Part shown: one piece after another, positions 15,322 to 35,679 of the stretch
Position numbering within the stretch: the stretch's first letter is position 1
Layout of the letters: every line of letters starts with the position of its first letter
From: the human T2T-CHM13v2.0 reference genome, Homo sapiens
DNA length: 64,000 nucleotides
Assembly (NCBI RefSeq): GCF_009914755.1
Contig: NC_060930.1
Direction: 5' to 3' (one strand)
Position numbers and translations under genes: made by a program
The notes under the pieces: model-generated
What the model saw: the letters and a program-made list of their open reading frames with translations, nothing else
Told to the model about the DNA's origin: nothing
Databases searched by the model: none

Positions 15322-15681
15322 TAATTTTTTTTAAATTTTAATTTGCTTCTAGTATTATCCTACTTAGCCATTTTTAAATTATACAAATAATTAAAAGCAA
15401 ATATTGTTTCATTAATGTATGATCTGGAATGTGAAGGGAATTGACTAACCTATTCTGAAAATACAGTTCCCAGTTGGAAAATATGTACAGATAATAATTT
15501 GTTAGCAGTGGATTAGATTTAATTCAAGTTAATAGGAAGAAGCATCCAGCCACGGGCAGGGCGGTAGTAACCTCTTTTTGATCGGTTCTAAAATATTCCT
15601 TTAAACTGAAGAACAGTAGACTGTAAATTCTGACACCTGCCCAAGTTTCAGTTAAGGAACTAAATGAAGTGATTGGATTTA

Positions 15682-21849
<6,168 letters not shown>

Positions 21850-21869
21850 GTGATTGGATTTAATGTTTA

Positions 21870-22025
21870 GCTCTTTTTGCATGCCAGGCACTGCACTAAG
21901 AACTTTATGAACATTATGACATTTAAATTTCACTGCAGTTCTCTATGCTGAATTATTATCTGTGTTTTACAGATGAGGAAACCAAGGCTTTGGTAGAATA
22001 AGTATCTTGGCCAAGGTGACACAGA
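21870..22025 (-). mobile_element. MIR fragment
   Basis: ttttacagatgaggaaaccaaggc...cttggccaaggtgacacag. Confidence 0.75.
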
Positions 22026-22460
22026 CCCAACCCTTTTTGACTGTTCAGGACTAGAACATTAATAAAGCCAACTGGCCCAATTGAGGTTCAGGCTGCTGCC
22101 TTTGGTGTCACTGTCACCGTGTTCAGTCCAGCAAAGCCACATGTTCACAGACCAACCAGTGTCCCACACAGACCTCAGTGTCCCACTTGCAGCAGCCAGA
22201 ACTACTTCCCATTCATCAGTCATATAAAGGTTTTTGTTAACAGTTTGATAGTTGAAATCATGTTATGTTCCATGATGTCAATTAGCTATTCCAGGAAACC
22301 AATGGAAAGACGGAAAGATGTTACATTAAAACAATTCACTGAAATATTTCATTTGAAAGACTTTAGGAGACAAGATTTAGAAAAATCTGTGTAAAGTCCC
22401 TGTGTTTTAGTACTGCTAGGTAGCCTACTACTAATAACCATTTGTTATCATTGAAAAAGT

Positions 22461-22798
<338 letters not shown>

Positions 22799-23609
22799 CT
22801 AAATCTCCAATGTTAGAATAATGTTTAAATACATTAGCATAAGTACTCAATATAATTCATACATGCAATAAGATAGCTATGGAGATTTTAGAAACAAAAA
22901 ATATTCGTAATACAACAGAAACATCCTTCCCCAAAACATTTGTTATTATGGCAACTATATAAAGTCTACTTCTAAATGTGGGCTCCCTGGAAGGTTCTAT
23001 GAAAAATAAAAGCCTCAGCGTGATGAGATTATGGGTTTTTTAAAATTAAAAAATTTCAAATGGGAAAGATGATTTACCATATTATAAACATGTAAAAAAG
23101 AAACCAATGCAAATTGATCAAGAAAACAGGACCAAAAATATTGACTGGTTAAAAAGAAAACCAAAGTTAAAAGTATGAATTCAAGCTTAATAATATTTAT
23201 TTGTTTAATACAAATATTTGCCCATGTAGTAAGTGCCAGGGACTGTGCTAGTGATACATAGATGGAAAACCACAGCATTTTCTATCATTAAAATTATATT
23301 GTTTCAATTTATAACATGTACTAACAGTTTTTCAAAAATTGACCTTTATTTTATAATCTGTCTTTCTGACAGGGATTCTGTAAAACTCAAGCTTCAGTCT
23401 TTTGTAAGTCAGCCTCTTTATCCTTGGCTTGGTAATCTGGTATTTGCTTTCTAGTAAGATAAACTGAAATAGAAACTGGAGACACTGTACTTTATGTATA
23501 ATCTCTCATTTAGTTAAGCAGCATTAGAACATTGCCAGTTAGCAAATGGCTTCTTGGGGGTTACTCTACACCCCTGCCCTGCTCCCCAACAATGAGGCGT
23601 ACTGCTGAG

Positions 23610-24080
23610 GGTTTCAGTTAGGAATGTGTTCATTTGCAAGTAACAGAGAACCTGTCTAACATGAGCTTAAACAGAGGTGTTTCAGTCTCTCCTGGTAAGT
23701 CTGGAGGCTGAACTTGTCGAGGGCCTGCCTTGCTGGGATTCTCTTGGCCTTTTCTGATGCCTGTCACCTCAACGTGGAAAGGCTGCCCCACACCACTAGC
23801 CCTCACATCTGGATGCCAAGCTGGAAGAATGAGGAAGGGCAGGGACAAGGGGCCTTAGCATTGTAATCTGTCGGCTTCAGCAGAAAAGCCAAGCTCTGTC
23901 CAGAAGCTCCACCTAGCACACTGAGCTTTAGTTTTTTAGACTTCACAGGGCAGATCATGAATGGCTTTGGTGTAACTAGGCTAATGTCTGCCACAGTACT
24001 TTCTGCCATTTGCATCCTCTTTTTTGACAGCATAATCCCTAATAAGGCCAAGGATGGTGTTTTATTTAAAGAATTTGCCA
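23610..24080. mobile_element. Old MLT1-type MaLR LTR
   Basis: cagttaggaatgtgttcatttgcaagtaacagagaacc...gcttaaaca start typical of MLT1J/K; boundaries approximate. Confidence 0.55.
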
Positions 24081-24603
24081 TGAAATTAGGTATATTTGAG
24101 GTACCCTACTCAATCACTGGAAAGTTCCTGAGGTCTTTGACAAGGGAAAGAGCCTCAGCCCTTTCCTCCCTTGTTAGTTGAAAGGAAGAATCAACTTAGG
24201 GCCTTCTACCTTCCTTAATCCAGTCCAGGCCCTCCTTTGTAAGTTTCGTCAAGCTGTTTTAAAAAAAACTTTTCCCTTCTATTTTCTCTCACTGTCTGAC
24301 TTTTTTCTATTTGAGATACATAAGAGGTCCTAATCAGCCTTACATCTACCCCAAGTCAGAATAAAGAAAGCTGTGTGTTTGAAGTGTGAAAGCAGGTGAA
24401 ATAAAGAACTGTTGTGTTGAATATCTAAAGCCTTTGAAAGCACTCAGAAGTTACTATATTTTTGACAGAGGCCACATCTAGGGCAAAGATAGAAAAGCTA
24501 GTATGTTTGAGTGAATGAAACAATTGAGCAGGTGCCCATTACTGCTTAGGCCTTTTCTTGTTTAATTTTCCAGTGAACCTATGGAAAAAAGATAATTGGG
24601 TTC

Positions 24604-25311
<708 letters not shown>

Positions 25312-26996
25312 GTTTATTTCACAGGTTTGGAAATGGAAGCTAAGAGAGATGCCAAGTAATATCTCCAAGGCTACCCATCTGTCAGGGTCAAAATTAAAAC
25401 CAGGACAATCTGACTCTAAAATATATACTTCCCCCGGCCCCACCTCCCCCCAGTTTTCCTCATTGTCCTCTGTGGCTCATTTGTCTTCAGATAAACTTGT
25501 TTCCCATTATTGTTCTTATTCAATCTCAATGTTAAAAAAAACTCTTATTCAAATTGATTATGTCTCTTTATTTCCTAGTGAGTCCCAAGGTTCCAGCATC
25601 AGCTAGTGAGTCCCATGGTGCAGCATCAGCTATGTATACCCTGGAATTCAAACATGGCTAGACGTGTCCGGAAGCCTATGGAAGGAATCTGGCAGGGGCT
25701 GCTTAATTATATAAGTTAACTGGCATCCTCCCGGGAAAGAAGTAATCCTACAAGAAGAGAGTAGAGGCATGCAAGTTTACTTAGCAGTCAGTGCCACAGA
25801 GTAGGGGGTTAAGGCTGAGTCACGTGCAAGGTAATTATTTAGCCTGTCTTCCAATCAAATCCCTAGGGACTCTAGGAGCCAGGAGGTTGCCAGTGAAGGT
25901 TCCAAGTGTCTTCACTAAGATTTCCACGGGTCATTGAGTCTTCATGCGGAGTCAGGAGACCCCGCAGCTTACTCCCCAGGGCCCTGTGGGGGTGAGTCAC
26001 GAGGGCTTGGGTGCAGGCATTGGGGTCCTCAGGAGATTCACAGATCTGGAGTCAAAGGGTAAAGGCTTATCCATTCAGTGGCCAACAAGGCTGCTTCAAA
26101 GCACATCTGAGGGAGGAGTTTGCTTCAGAGCTCCTGAAGTTAGTGGCGGGGAGTGGTTGAGGGTAATAGAGTACTAAGGTCGTAATGGGAAGCAGATTCA
26201 GGGAAATACCCTGAATCTCAATTGCCATATTTATAAATGTATCAACAATTTAATAAAACCATTTGAGCAAAACAAAACACTTCTTGTTTTGTTATGCACT
26301 TGCAACTATTAAAATTAACTGACAATAGAATTTATTTAAACATGCAACCACATACTACTTTCTTTTTCAGTCACTGTCAGAGTTAGAAGCAAAGTCTTTT
26401 TTCGCATCAGGGTCTAGAGACTCTTCTGAATTATTTCGGCTATGTACAGTTAGATGTAGCATCCTAAGCACAATGCTTTTCAAAACTGTGCTGCTTTGGG
26501 ATTGAGAAATACTGTCATTTGATCCACTTTCCTGTTGGGCTAAATGTAAGTTACATTTGTTCCTAAATTAAATTACTCACTTAGTTTGAATAGTTTCTCT
26601 TGAACATCACCTGGAAATCTTTGATGTTTAGGACTGGAATAATTCTTGAATCATCCATTCAGTTAATATTTATTGAGGGCCTCCTGCACGCTGGTCCTTC
26701 TGCTTCCAGAATTGACATTGTAGAGAGAGAGGTGAGAACAAAAACAAAGAGACATATAAATAAATGAAATTTTAATAAATTTAGGCAATAAAACTTCAGC
26801 AAGGTTGTTAGAGAGGGCTCTTTGAAGAGGTGATACTTAAAGGTGAGCCCTCAAGGATAAAAGAATCAGCCCTGTTGTTGGTTGGGAGGAAAGTTCCCTA
26901 TCTCACAGGCCTTTCTACCTGTGAACGTCTTGTCTAGTCATTAACAAATGTTTAATAAAACTGACAAAATCTCCTGGCCTTGGGGAATTTATATTC

Positions 26997-27288
26997 TTTT
27001 TTTTTTTTTTTTTTTGAGACAAAGTTTCGCCCTTGTTGCCTAGGCCGGAGTGCAATGGCCTGATCTCTGCTTACTGCAACCAGGTTCAAGTGATTCTCCT
27101 GCCTCAGCCTCCCCAGTAGCTAGGATTACAGGCATGCACCACCACGCCTGGCTAATTTTTGTATTTTTAGTAGAGATAGGGTTTCACCATGTTGATCAGG
27201 CTGGTCTCAAACTCCTGACCTCAGGTGATCCCCCCACCTCAGACTCCCAAAGTGCTGGGATTACAGGAGTGACCCACCGCACCCAGCC
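26997..27288 (-). mobile_element. AluS element within an L2 remnant
   Basis: T-tail; TSD gggga(a)tttatattct on both sides. Confidence 0.95.
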
Positions 27289-27496
27289 AGGGGATTTATA
27301 TTCTAGTGGGGGAGATGGACAAACAAATACATAGTATCTACAGTCTGTCAGATGCCAAGTGCTGTGGTGAAAAATACAGCAGTGGAGGGGAAGTAGAGAG
27401 TTCTGGGGTAGGTGGTAAAAGTGTAAAATCAGGTGGTCAAAGGAGGGCTCACTGAGAAAGGGAACTTTGATCCGGAAGTGAAGATCTGTGATCTAG

Positions 27497-27838
27497 CTCA
27501 AAGGTTGACAAGCCTTTTCTATAAAGGGCAGCTAGTCAATATTTTAGGCATTGGGGGATCACACAGTCTCTGTTGTAACTTCTGAACTCTGCCATTGCAG
27601 GGAGAAAGCAGACATAGACAATATGTGAGTGAATGGGTGTTGCTGTGTTCCCATACAGCTTTGTTTATGGACACTGGTGTTTATATTTCATATAACTTTT
27701 ACATGTCATGGAATACCATTATTCTTTTGTTTTTTTCCCCCAACTGTTTAAAAATATAAAGACCATTTTTGGCTGCAGGCCATGTAAAAATGGTCAGTGG
27801 GCTGGATTTGGGCCTTGGGCCATATTTTGCCTACTCCC
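27497..27838. mobile_element. MER58B-like hAT-Charlie fossil
   Basis: ttttctataaagggcagctagtcaatattttaggc...gcagacatagacaatatg...gggctggatttggg. Confidence 0.75.
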
Positions 27839-28142
27839 AATCTAATGCAAGGGATTCTGTGTTCCCTTTAATTGCTTTGTATGGTGTGTAGTAGTGTTTG
27901 AATGTTAGGGTGAAATGCACTCTTCGTCCTTTTAGATAACCTGCCTGTTTTAGCTCCAACATGTTGGTTGTTGCTCTATGGAGTAGATTAAGAAAATTCC
28001 TCTGTTTATCCAGTGACAAATATTCACTCACATATATTAAGTTTATGTCTTACAGCTCTTATTGCCAGGCTCTACTGTGCAGTTATAGCTGTTATTTTCA
28101 ATCCTTCATCATAATACAGTATTTCTGAAGTCATTTTAAATA

Positions 28143-28645
28143 GCAATTAAGAATTGCATTTGGGTGCAAGCTATAGAAAACTGGATGAAGAGTGGCGTAA
28201 CTTATTAAGGGTTTATTTGTCTAATACAGAAAGGTGTAGAATAGGTTGTGCATGAAGAGACTGGGGTGGCAGCTACAAAATGTCATTAAGGACCCAGGCT
28301 ACTGTCTTTCTGCTTGAGCATATATTATTTTCACATATTTATGGTGTTTGTTTTCACATTTGTGAAATGGTTTCTGCACCTCCAGGCACCATATCTGCGT
28401 TTCTGCAAGTAAGCAGACTAGAGAAGGGCAAAAGCCTGCTTTGTGTTTTCATTCATTTAAGTGAAGCCTTCCCAAGGACTGTCTGCCTCACATCTCATTG
28501 GTCAGAACTGTGTCATGTGATTACCTCTAACAATAGAGGTGTTTGCGTAAACATGATGTTGTAGCTGAGCACATTGCTTTTCTAAGTAAAACCAGCCTTC
28601 TGTATTTAGAAAGAGAGGGAGATTGGTTACTGGGTAAATAACTAC
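28143..28645. mobile_element. Old MLT1-type MaLR LTR
   Basis: Degenerate MLT1 features (cattggtcagaactgtgtcatgtga); boundaries approximate. Confidence 0.5.
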
Positions 28646-28734
28646 CATTGTTTTGCTTCCAAGGGTGTTTAAGTAAAAAAAAAACCAGGTGAGTTGAAGG
28701 TACCTTCCACCCATGGATCAAATGACATAGATGA

Positions 28735-29020
28735 GGTCAGGCACGGTGGCTCACGCCTATAATCCCAGCACTTTGCGAGGCCGAGGCGGGCAGATCACCT
28801 GAGGTCGGGAGTTCGAGCTCAGCCTGACCAACGTGGAGAAACCCCATCTCTACTGAAAATACAAAAATTAGCCAGGCGTGATGGCACATACTGGAGGCTG
28901 AGGCAGGAGAATCACTTGAACCCGGGAGGCGGAGGTTGAGGTGAGCCAAGATCACACCTTTGCATTCCAGCCTGTGCAACAAGAGTGAAACTCTGTCTCA
29001 AAACAAAACAAAACAAAAAA
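28735..29020 (+). mobile_element. AluSp-like element with a small internal deletion
   Basis: gaggtcgggagttcgag and gtggagaaacccc diagnostics, (aaaac)n tail, TSD aaatgacatagRtga. Confidence 0.93.
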
Positions 29021-30164
29021 ATGACATAGGTGAAAGCAGTGACTGTTGGCCCACAATTTACTTCTCTTCCATTTGCTTAGGAAATTCCTTTTGATATTGA
29101 TTGTAAGATTCATTTCATTTCAGAAGAGTTGAAATGTGGGGAGAATAAAAAAATTCATTGTGTGAAGGAAATGATTGTGTATGTTATGGCTATTTGGACT
29201 CTGGAATTAAGCCCAGCACATGAAGTGCTCTTGATGGCTTCCTGTTACCGCATGGGAAGCCTCTCTGTTACCTGGGCCCCGCCCAGTAGGCTGATGTGTT
29301 TCTCTAAGTTCCTGCTTCCTGAACTGCCTGCCCCCGCCACCCTAGGGTGGGTGCTGTCAGTTCCAGGCCATGTTCACCTCTGCAGACCTTACAAACAGGC
29401 TGTGGTAGTGTGACACATCTTCCTTCCTGATGCTAGTATCACAAACATCCACTTGAAAACTTCCTTCTACGGATTAACTTTCTCCTACCTTGTTATTTGG
29501 GTGATTTGCTATTAGTACTAGCTAATTTTCTAAGGTTTTACCTGTTTTGTTTTTTCATGTCTTCTTTTTAATCATCTGCCCTTTCTTATAAGTGAATCAT
29601 GGGGGCCAGTGACTCAACAAAATGCTTTGAGTTCTGCTTCATGTCACATTGGGAAAACATGATTTGTATAAAACAGGGCATCTCTGTGGTGTGTACTGCC
29701 ACCCTCCAAGCTGTTCTGTGGAAGCTAGGGTGCCACCTCTCTCTCATTAAAATATGTTTCTTCTTTTTACTCTTTTGAATATTAACACATTTATTATAAT
29801 CTTCAAAACATTTTAAAATAAAACTCTTGCTCCCACTTTGTTTCCTTACCCAATTCCTGCTCCTCTAGCCCTTGGATAAGCACTTCTGTTCGTTTCTTAC
29901 ATGACCTTCAAGAATTTTTTAAAACAGTATAAACACAAGCAAATATAAATGCGTTCTTATTTTTCTCCATTTTTTTTTAAAGTGGGCTTAGTCTACATAT
30001 AGTTCTGCTGCTTTTCTTTTTAACCTGCTAATATGTCTTGGAGAGCTTTTCATAACAATGTTAACAGTACATACAGAGCTTCTGTTTTTTTTCTTTTTAA
30101 GCTGCATAGTATTAAAGTGATCTCTTTAAAACACAAACCTGGACATGCCTCCTGGTCATCAGAT

Positions 30165-30265
30165 TGAAAAAATATAGTATATATACGGGTTTGGCACTAT
30201 CTGTCATTTCAGGTGTCTTCTGGGGGTCTTGGAATGTATCCCCCATGGATAAGGAGAGACTATTG
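30165..30265. mobile_element. MER8/Tigger terminal fragment
   Basis: ctgggggtcttggaatgtatcccccatggataaggagagactattg. Confidence 0.7.
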
Positions 30266-30842
30266 TGTTTTCATTCCATCTCAATTAGTATGTACTCTTA
30301 AATTAAGAAGGTAGGCAACATTTTGAAAACTTTGCAGAGATGGATTTGCAGCTCCTCAAGAGCACATCTGACCCCTAGTGACTGAAGAAGGAAAAGTGAA
30401 AGATCAGAGGAATGAAAAGGGTTAAGAAACAGAGTTCAAAGTAAGATGATATTCTTTGTTTACTCTCACCTTAGAAGTGGAGAACATTTTTCTCCTGTGA
30501 ACTGATGAAAGGATGCTTTCATGGTAGTGGCTACAGCTGTGGAATTTCTGAAGAAGGCTGCTGAGGGGAATAAAAATGTTGCTGCTGTCATGAATCAATG
30601 AAATGTCAACATCTCAGATAGTCTATACGTGGTTTTCAGATGGTTTTGGGCAAAGGGAGCTTTTATGACCATAGATGTCAACTTCTTGCAAGGGTGAGGG
30701 TGGGGTTGGGGTGGGATGGGGAGTGGTTATGGCCCACTGAGAACTAAGTCACTCTGTCATCTCATAGTCCATTCTTTCCAAGCTACCTGAATTGTGCTCC
30801 AGAGTTCTGGGGAGTCTAGGTTGAAGAAACGACCGTGTTAGT

Positions 30843-30980
30843 GGCCGGGTGCAGTGGCTCATACCTGTAATCCCAGCACTTTGGGAGGCCGAGGTGGGTA
30901 GATCACTTGAGCCCAGGAGTTTGAGACCAGCCTGGGCAACATAGAGAGACCCCATCTCAAAATAGCAATAACAACATCAA
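30843..30980 (+). mobile_element. FLAM-type free left Alu monomer with TSD
   Basis: Single monomer with A-rich tail; aagaaacgacYgtgttRg on both sides. Confidence 0.9.
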
Positions 30981-31163
30981 AGAAACGACTGTGTTGGGGC
31001 TGGCTCAGTCTTCCACTGGATATCTAGTGAGTGGACAGTGCATGACACCTACATAAATCACCTCTTTTTTTGTATCAATGACATAAATCTAGTTCAGTTT
31101 GGAAGTATATACATACTGTTTCAGATAAGCGTATCTACTTATTTGTTTGTCTTCTCTCTTTAG

Positions 31164-31358
<195 letters not shown>

Positions 31359-34155
31359 TAGACTGTTATCATGCTGTTTCTTTTTATTGTTCAGAACACA
31401 TGCCACCTAGAGTGCAGGTGGGTTTTTCCAGTGAAGACTGTGACTTCTTCACCCAATGCCCATTCAGATCCACATGTCTAACAGAGGGTGAAGTTGAGAA
31501 GGGATGTGAGTCCAAGGTCATGGACTGTGTATGTATGTGCGAGGGTTGTGTGGTATGTGAATGTAAGTGCACGTGTGTCTGTCAATCTGAGCTCTGTCTT
31601 TGCTTTGGAAACAGAAGTAGGAAGGGAAGCTCTGTGTATGTGTGTATGTATGTATGTATGTATGTGTGTATTATGTTCTAAATTTTGAAGCATTAAAAAT
31701 AATCATTTTAATTATTAAATTATTAATCAAATTATTTTTTGATTAATACATTTTAGGGGGCAGAGTAGTAGAGGGGGATAATTATCTTTGAATATCCCTT
31801 TATGGTATAAATAACTGCTAATAGCTAATCGTAAACCAGAGTTCCATTTCTTATGATAATGAGCCAGAGGGATCATTAAGAATATCAGTGCACCTCATAT
31901 ATGAACATATATCAGGTGCTTTCCTGCTGCATGTAGCATACGAGAAGATGAAAAAGTCACTTTCATCTATTTACCTACTTGCGTACTCCTTAGGTTAAGA
32001 AAAATAATTGAGAAACTTCTTTCTAATGAGTAAGTTAGGATTTGCCTTTTGCCATATCTCTAAGTATCTAAGTCAGTGTTTATTTTTGGACCTGTACTAT
32101 AGTTATTTAAGGACGGTCTAAAGAAGAAGGAGCCACAGAGCTGAGGTGCTTGAGATTAAATAAATAGCTAGGCTGTAATTAGCGTGGAGGAAAGGAATAA
32201 CAGCCTTTGGTGGCTTCAAAGAAAACAATCCTTTCCCCCACGTGCGTAATGGAGAATGAGAAGTTGTAATATAAAGCCATGTGTAGATTATACAGAGAAT
32301 TCTTACCTGTAGCATCCTGAGGAGAATCCTGAACATGGCATTAGACTTAAGTTTGAGCACTAGTACTGCCTTATGTCGGCTGGGACACCTTTGGAAAGTT
32401 ACTTATCTTTTTAAGCCCCAGTTTTCTTATCTTTAAGCAAGGGATAATGTCTGTCTTTGTGATCGTTTCAAAAGCATTTCTTAAGCATATTATATAAAAA
32501 TGAAAATTGTTATTTTATGGGGTTTTTAATATCATTATTTTATATTTTATTGAGAGAAGTGTGTGGTAACCAAGGGTGTATTTTATTCATGATTACCAAG
32601 GATATAAAATGTACTCTTGTGCCTGCAGACCTAAATGAAGTAATACCTGAAAATGTTTGCAAAGTATATAGTTCAAAATAAAATAAAGCTATAAGTCAAA
32701 TAGTGCTAGAAGGCTTAAAACAAAAATCTAGCAGTTTTCTGTCCCTCGGACTTCGAGGCTTTGAAAATGCTTTTATTCTAGTCTTATGGTTTAGTGGTAG
32801 TTTCTGGGTACAGAATTCTAGGTTGGAAAGGATTTTGATGATATTGATTCAGTGTCCTCTGGTTTTCGCTGCTACGATTGAGATGTCTAATGCCATTTTC
32901 CTTGATTGTTTATGTTTTTGTCAGTTTACTCTATGAAAAATTTTAATCTCTTATATATACATTCACCACATCTTTTGGTGAATTACTATGGTATGAGCTA
33001 TTTTTCATTCATTGTGCTGAGTGCTCAGTATGCCTTTTAAGAAATTCTGTGATTGCTGATTACATGTGTTCTTATATTATTTTTCCTGAAAATTTTCTCC
33101 CTACTTTTTTCCTTGTTCCCTTTCTCTTGAGTGCCTATTAATTTGGATATTGGATTTCTTACATTGATTTTCTAATACTTTAATCTTTTTTTCTAATGTC
33201 CACCTATTCGATTTTTGTTCTTTCTGAAAAAGAACAAAATCCTTTCATTGAATTTTTGTCCTTTTCTCCCCATTTCTTGCTCTGTGATTCTTTTAAATAA
33301 TGTTGTATTTCTACTAAATGAATACAAGATCTTAACTAAAGATATTAAATATGATTTATTTGAAGTTTTCTTCTGTTAGTTGTGTTGTTCCTGTTTTCAT
33401 TGATTTTTTTTTTCACTTTGTTTTGGTTATTTTTCTCAGGTGGGGTGGGCTTTCCTTATATGTATGTTCATCCTCGTCTTTTGTTCATGTAAGAGGTGAG
33501 ACTAGGAAGCTCACTAGAAGCTGCGTGTGTGTCTTACGTGAATGCAGCCTTGTTTCCCTGTGGGATGACTCAGTAGCCTGTTAGCATTCTCATTGCAGAT
33601 ATTGATAGTAGTATCTGTAGGTCTTTTCTCAGATGGTGGTTTAATTTTTCTGGAGAGTGGCCTTTCAGTCTCCTGCTTTGGGAATCTCTGCCTGGCTATT
33701 GGAGTTCTGGACCTTTAGGGTGAGGGAAATGGAAGGTCTCACTCTCTAGCGTGCAGATTTTCACTTCCTATCCCTATTTTCAGTCTCTCTTCAGTGCCCA
33801 TGTGTATACATTTTTTTGCATCCCTGAGGCCATGTTTATTAATAATGTATTAATATCTTCTAGCTCCTTCGAGGAGAGTGAGGCACCCTGGGATCTAACT
33901 GCTGCTTATACAGACTTTCAAACAATTTTTCTGTTTTCTGCTTTTGCTCACTCACCATACCTTCACAACAGATGATGCCTCCAGTTCCTGACCTTTGATG
34001 GAGCCCTACACCTTGCTTCTTGCTGATAGTGCTCCTGCAGACATTGAGTTTTGACCATTCTCTTTTTTCTAAGATCTTTCACCATTTCTCTTCCCACTTA
34101 CTGCTTATATTGTGGTTTAGGCCTTTAGATTGAATCTCCTAGCTTTATGTCTTTA

Positions 34156-34160
<5 letters not shown>

Positions 34161-34204
<44 letters not shown>
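34161..34204. repeat. (GT)n microsatellite, about 22 units
   Basis: Read directly from the sequence. Confidence 0.97.
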
Positions 34205-34211
<7 letters not shown>

Positions 34212-35679
34212 ATCTTTTTTGAAAATCTTTGTTGTTTTGTTGACTTACTGAGAGAAAGGAGGTAGAGACGTCTTTGTTCTATCATGATAAAAGCAGAAGT
34301 GTTCAGTGCTGTTTGAATAGAGGAATATATTGAATGAATAGAAGAATATAATGTAAAATATAGTTAACTTTACTCCTTATTTTTATCTCTTTATGACGTC
34401 TAGCTGTCTATGTATCTTTGCCCTTTGAAGTCTGTGGAAATTTTTTCAAGTAGACTATCTGGGAGCTGGCTAGAGGTTTATATTACATATTGATTAAACT
34501 GTGCCAGGTCAATGGCATCTTCTGTGCTTGAACGGTGTTAGTCCTGTGGTGGTGGTCACGACAGCTATTGGCGTATGCACTGTAATCATAGTCTCTTCTG
34601 GCAAGAGTTTTGAGACAGTGTCGGCTCTTATCAAGGTTAGGTAAATTTGACTTTGACATAAGCATTAGAGGGCAACTAACCACAGGCCTTGTTCATCTCA
34701 CCTGCTTCTGTGCACCTTGCTTTACCTAGTGATAGTTTCTGACTGGTGTCATCTGGTTGGTTAACCTGTAGAAACCTACCACATTGCGAGTGACACGATC
34801 CAGAAAGCTTGTATATTTTTATTCTCTTTCCTGGAATTAGAAAATTATTATTGTAACCTGGGTGAGCTAGGCATGTGAGGCATAGAGTAAACAGCTGCTA
34901 AGCTACTTGGTAACCAGTGTGGACAATTGCCTTCTCTCTCATTTAGCAGTTGTATATCTTGCCTTTTGGAAGGAGTTCCCCACTGAATGGAATCTCCCTG
35001 GCATGACCAATCAGTTTTTTCTACCCCAGAATTTGAACATTGAGGGGATGATGTAGAAATACGAGGTCAGTTGGAGGTTGTTTGTGGCAGTGAGTGTCCA
35101 GGGGTGATGGGGCCAACCATAGCTGTGGCTGGTGTCCTTATGCAGCTCATCTGGGGTGTGACATGAGTGTATTCTTGGCTACCCAGACAGGGAAATTCCT
35201 TCTGTTTTCTAAACTGGTCCTCTAGTTTTAATGTGGAGTCTTGCCAACTCCTATGATACCTCCATAATTCATAATTCCTCTCCCTCAAAGTTGCTAGTAT
35301 CTTTCTCAGTTATTTGCATCAAGAACCCAAACTGGCACAACTTATTCTTGTTGATTCCCTGGAGTGGAATCAATCCTTACTGTGAGCAGGATTCTTCCTT
35401 CTCTGAGAATGTGGGTGATGAGATTCTAAAGGTAAAGGAGCCAACACTTTGGCTTTTATGATGAATTGTAGTGTCTGATTTGGATTTTAGAAAGCTCTGG
35501 GCCTCATGGCCAAGGTTTTAACCCTTTGTTCTCACTCTGTGGAACTGGCATTTGTGCAATGCATCAGAAATGAAAACTCATCCACTTATACTAAAGGAAA
35601 ATACCTACTCCCCTTTCATTTCTTTTCTCTCTCTCTCTATTCAGCAAACAGATGATTTGGATTTCTGTATATAATTTTT

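Noticed and set aside
25575-25632. CRISPR-like repeat array
   Set aside because: Only two adjacent imperfect copies with no spacers, in eukaryotic DNA; a simple tandem duplication.
32870-34100. T-rich tracts at about 32.9-34.1 kb (and 43.4-44.9 kb) as unique regulatory sequence
   Set aside because: They look like highly decayed antisense L1M remnants, too degenerate to classify by eye.
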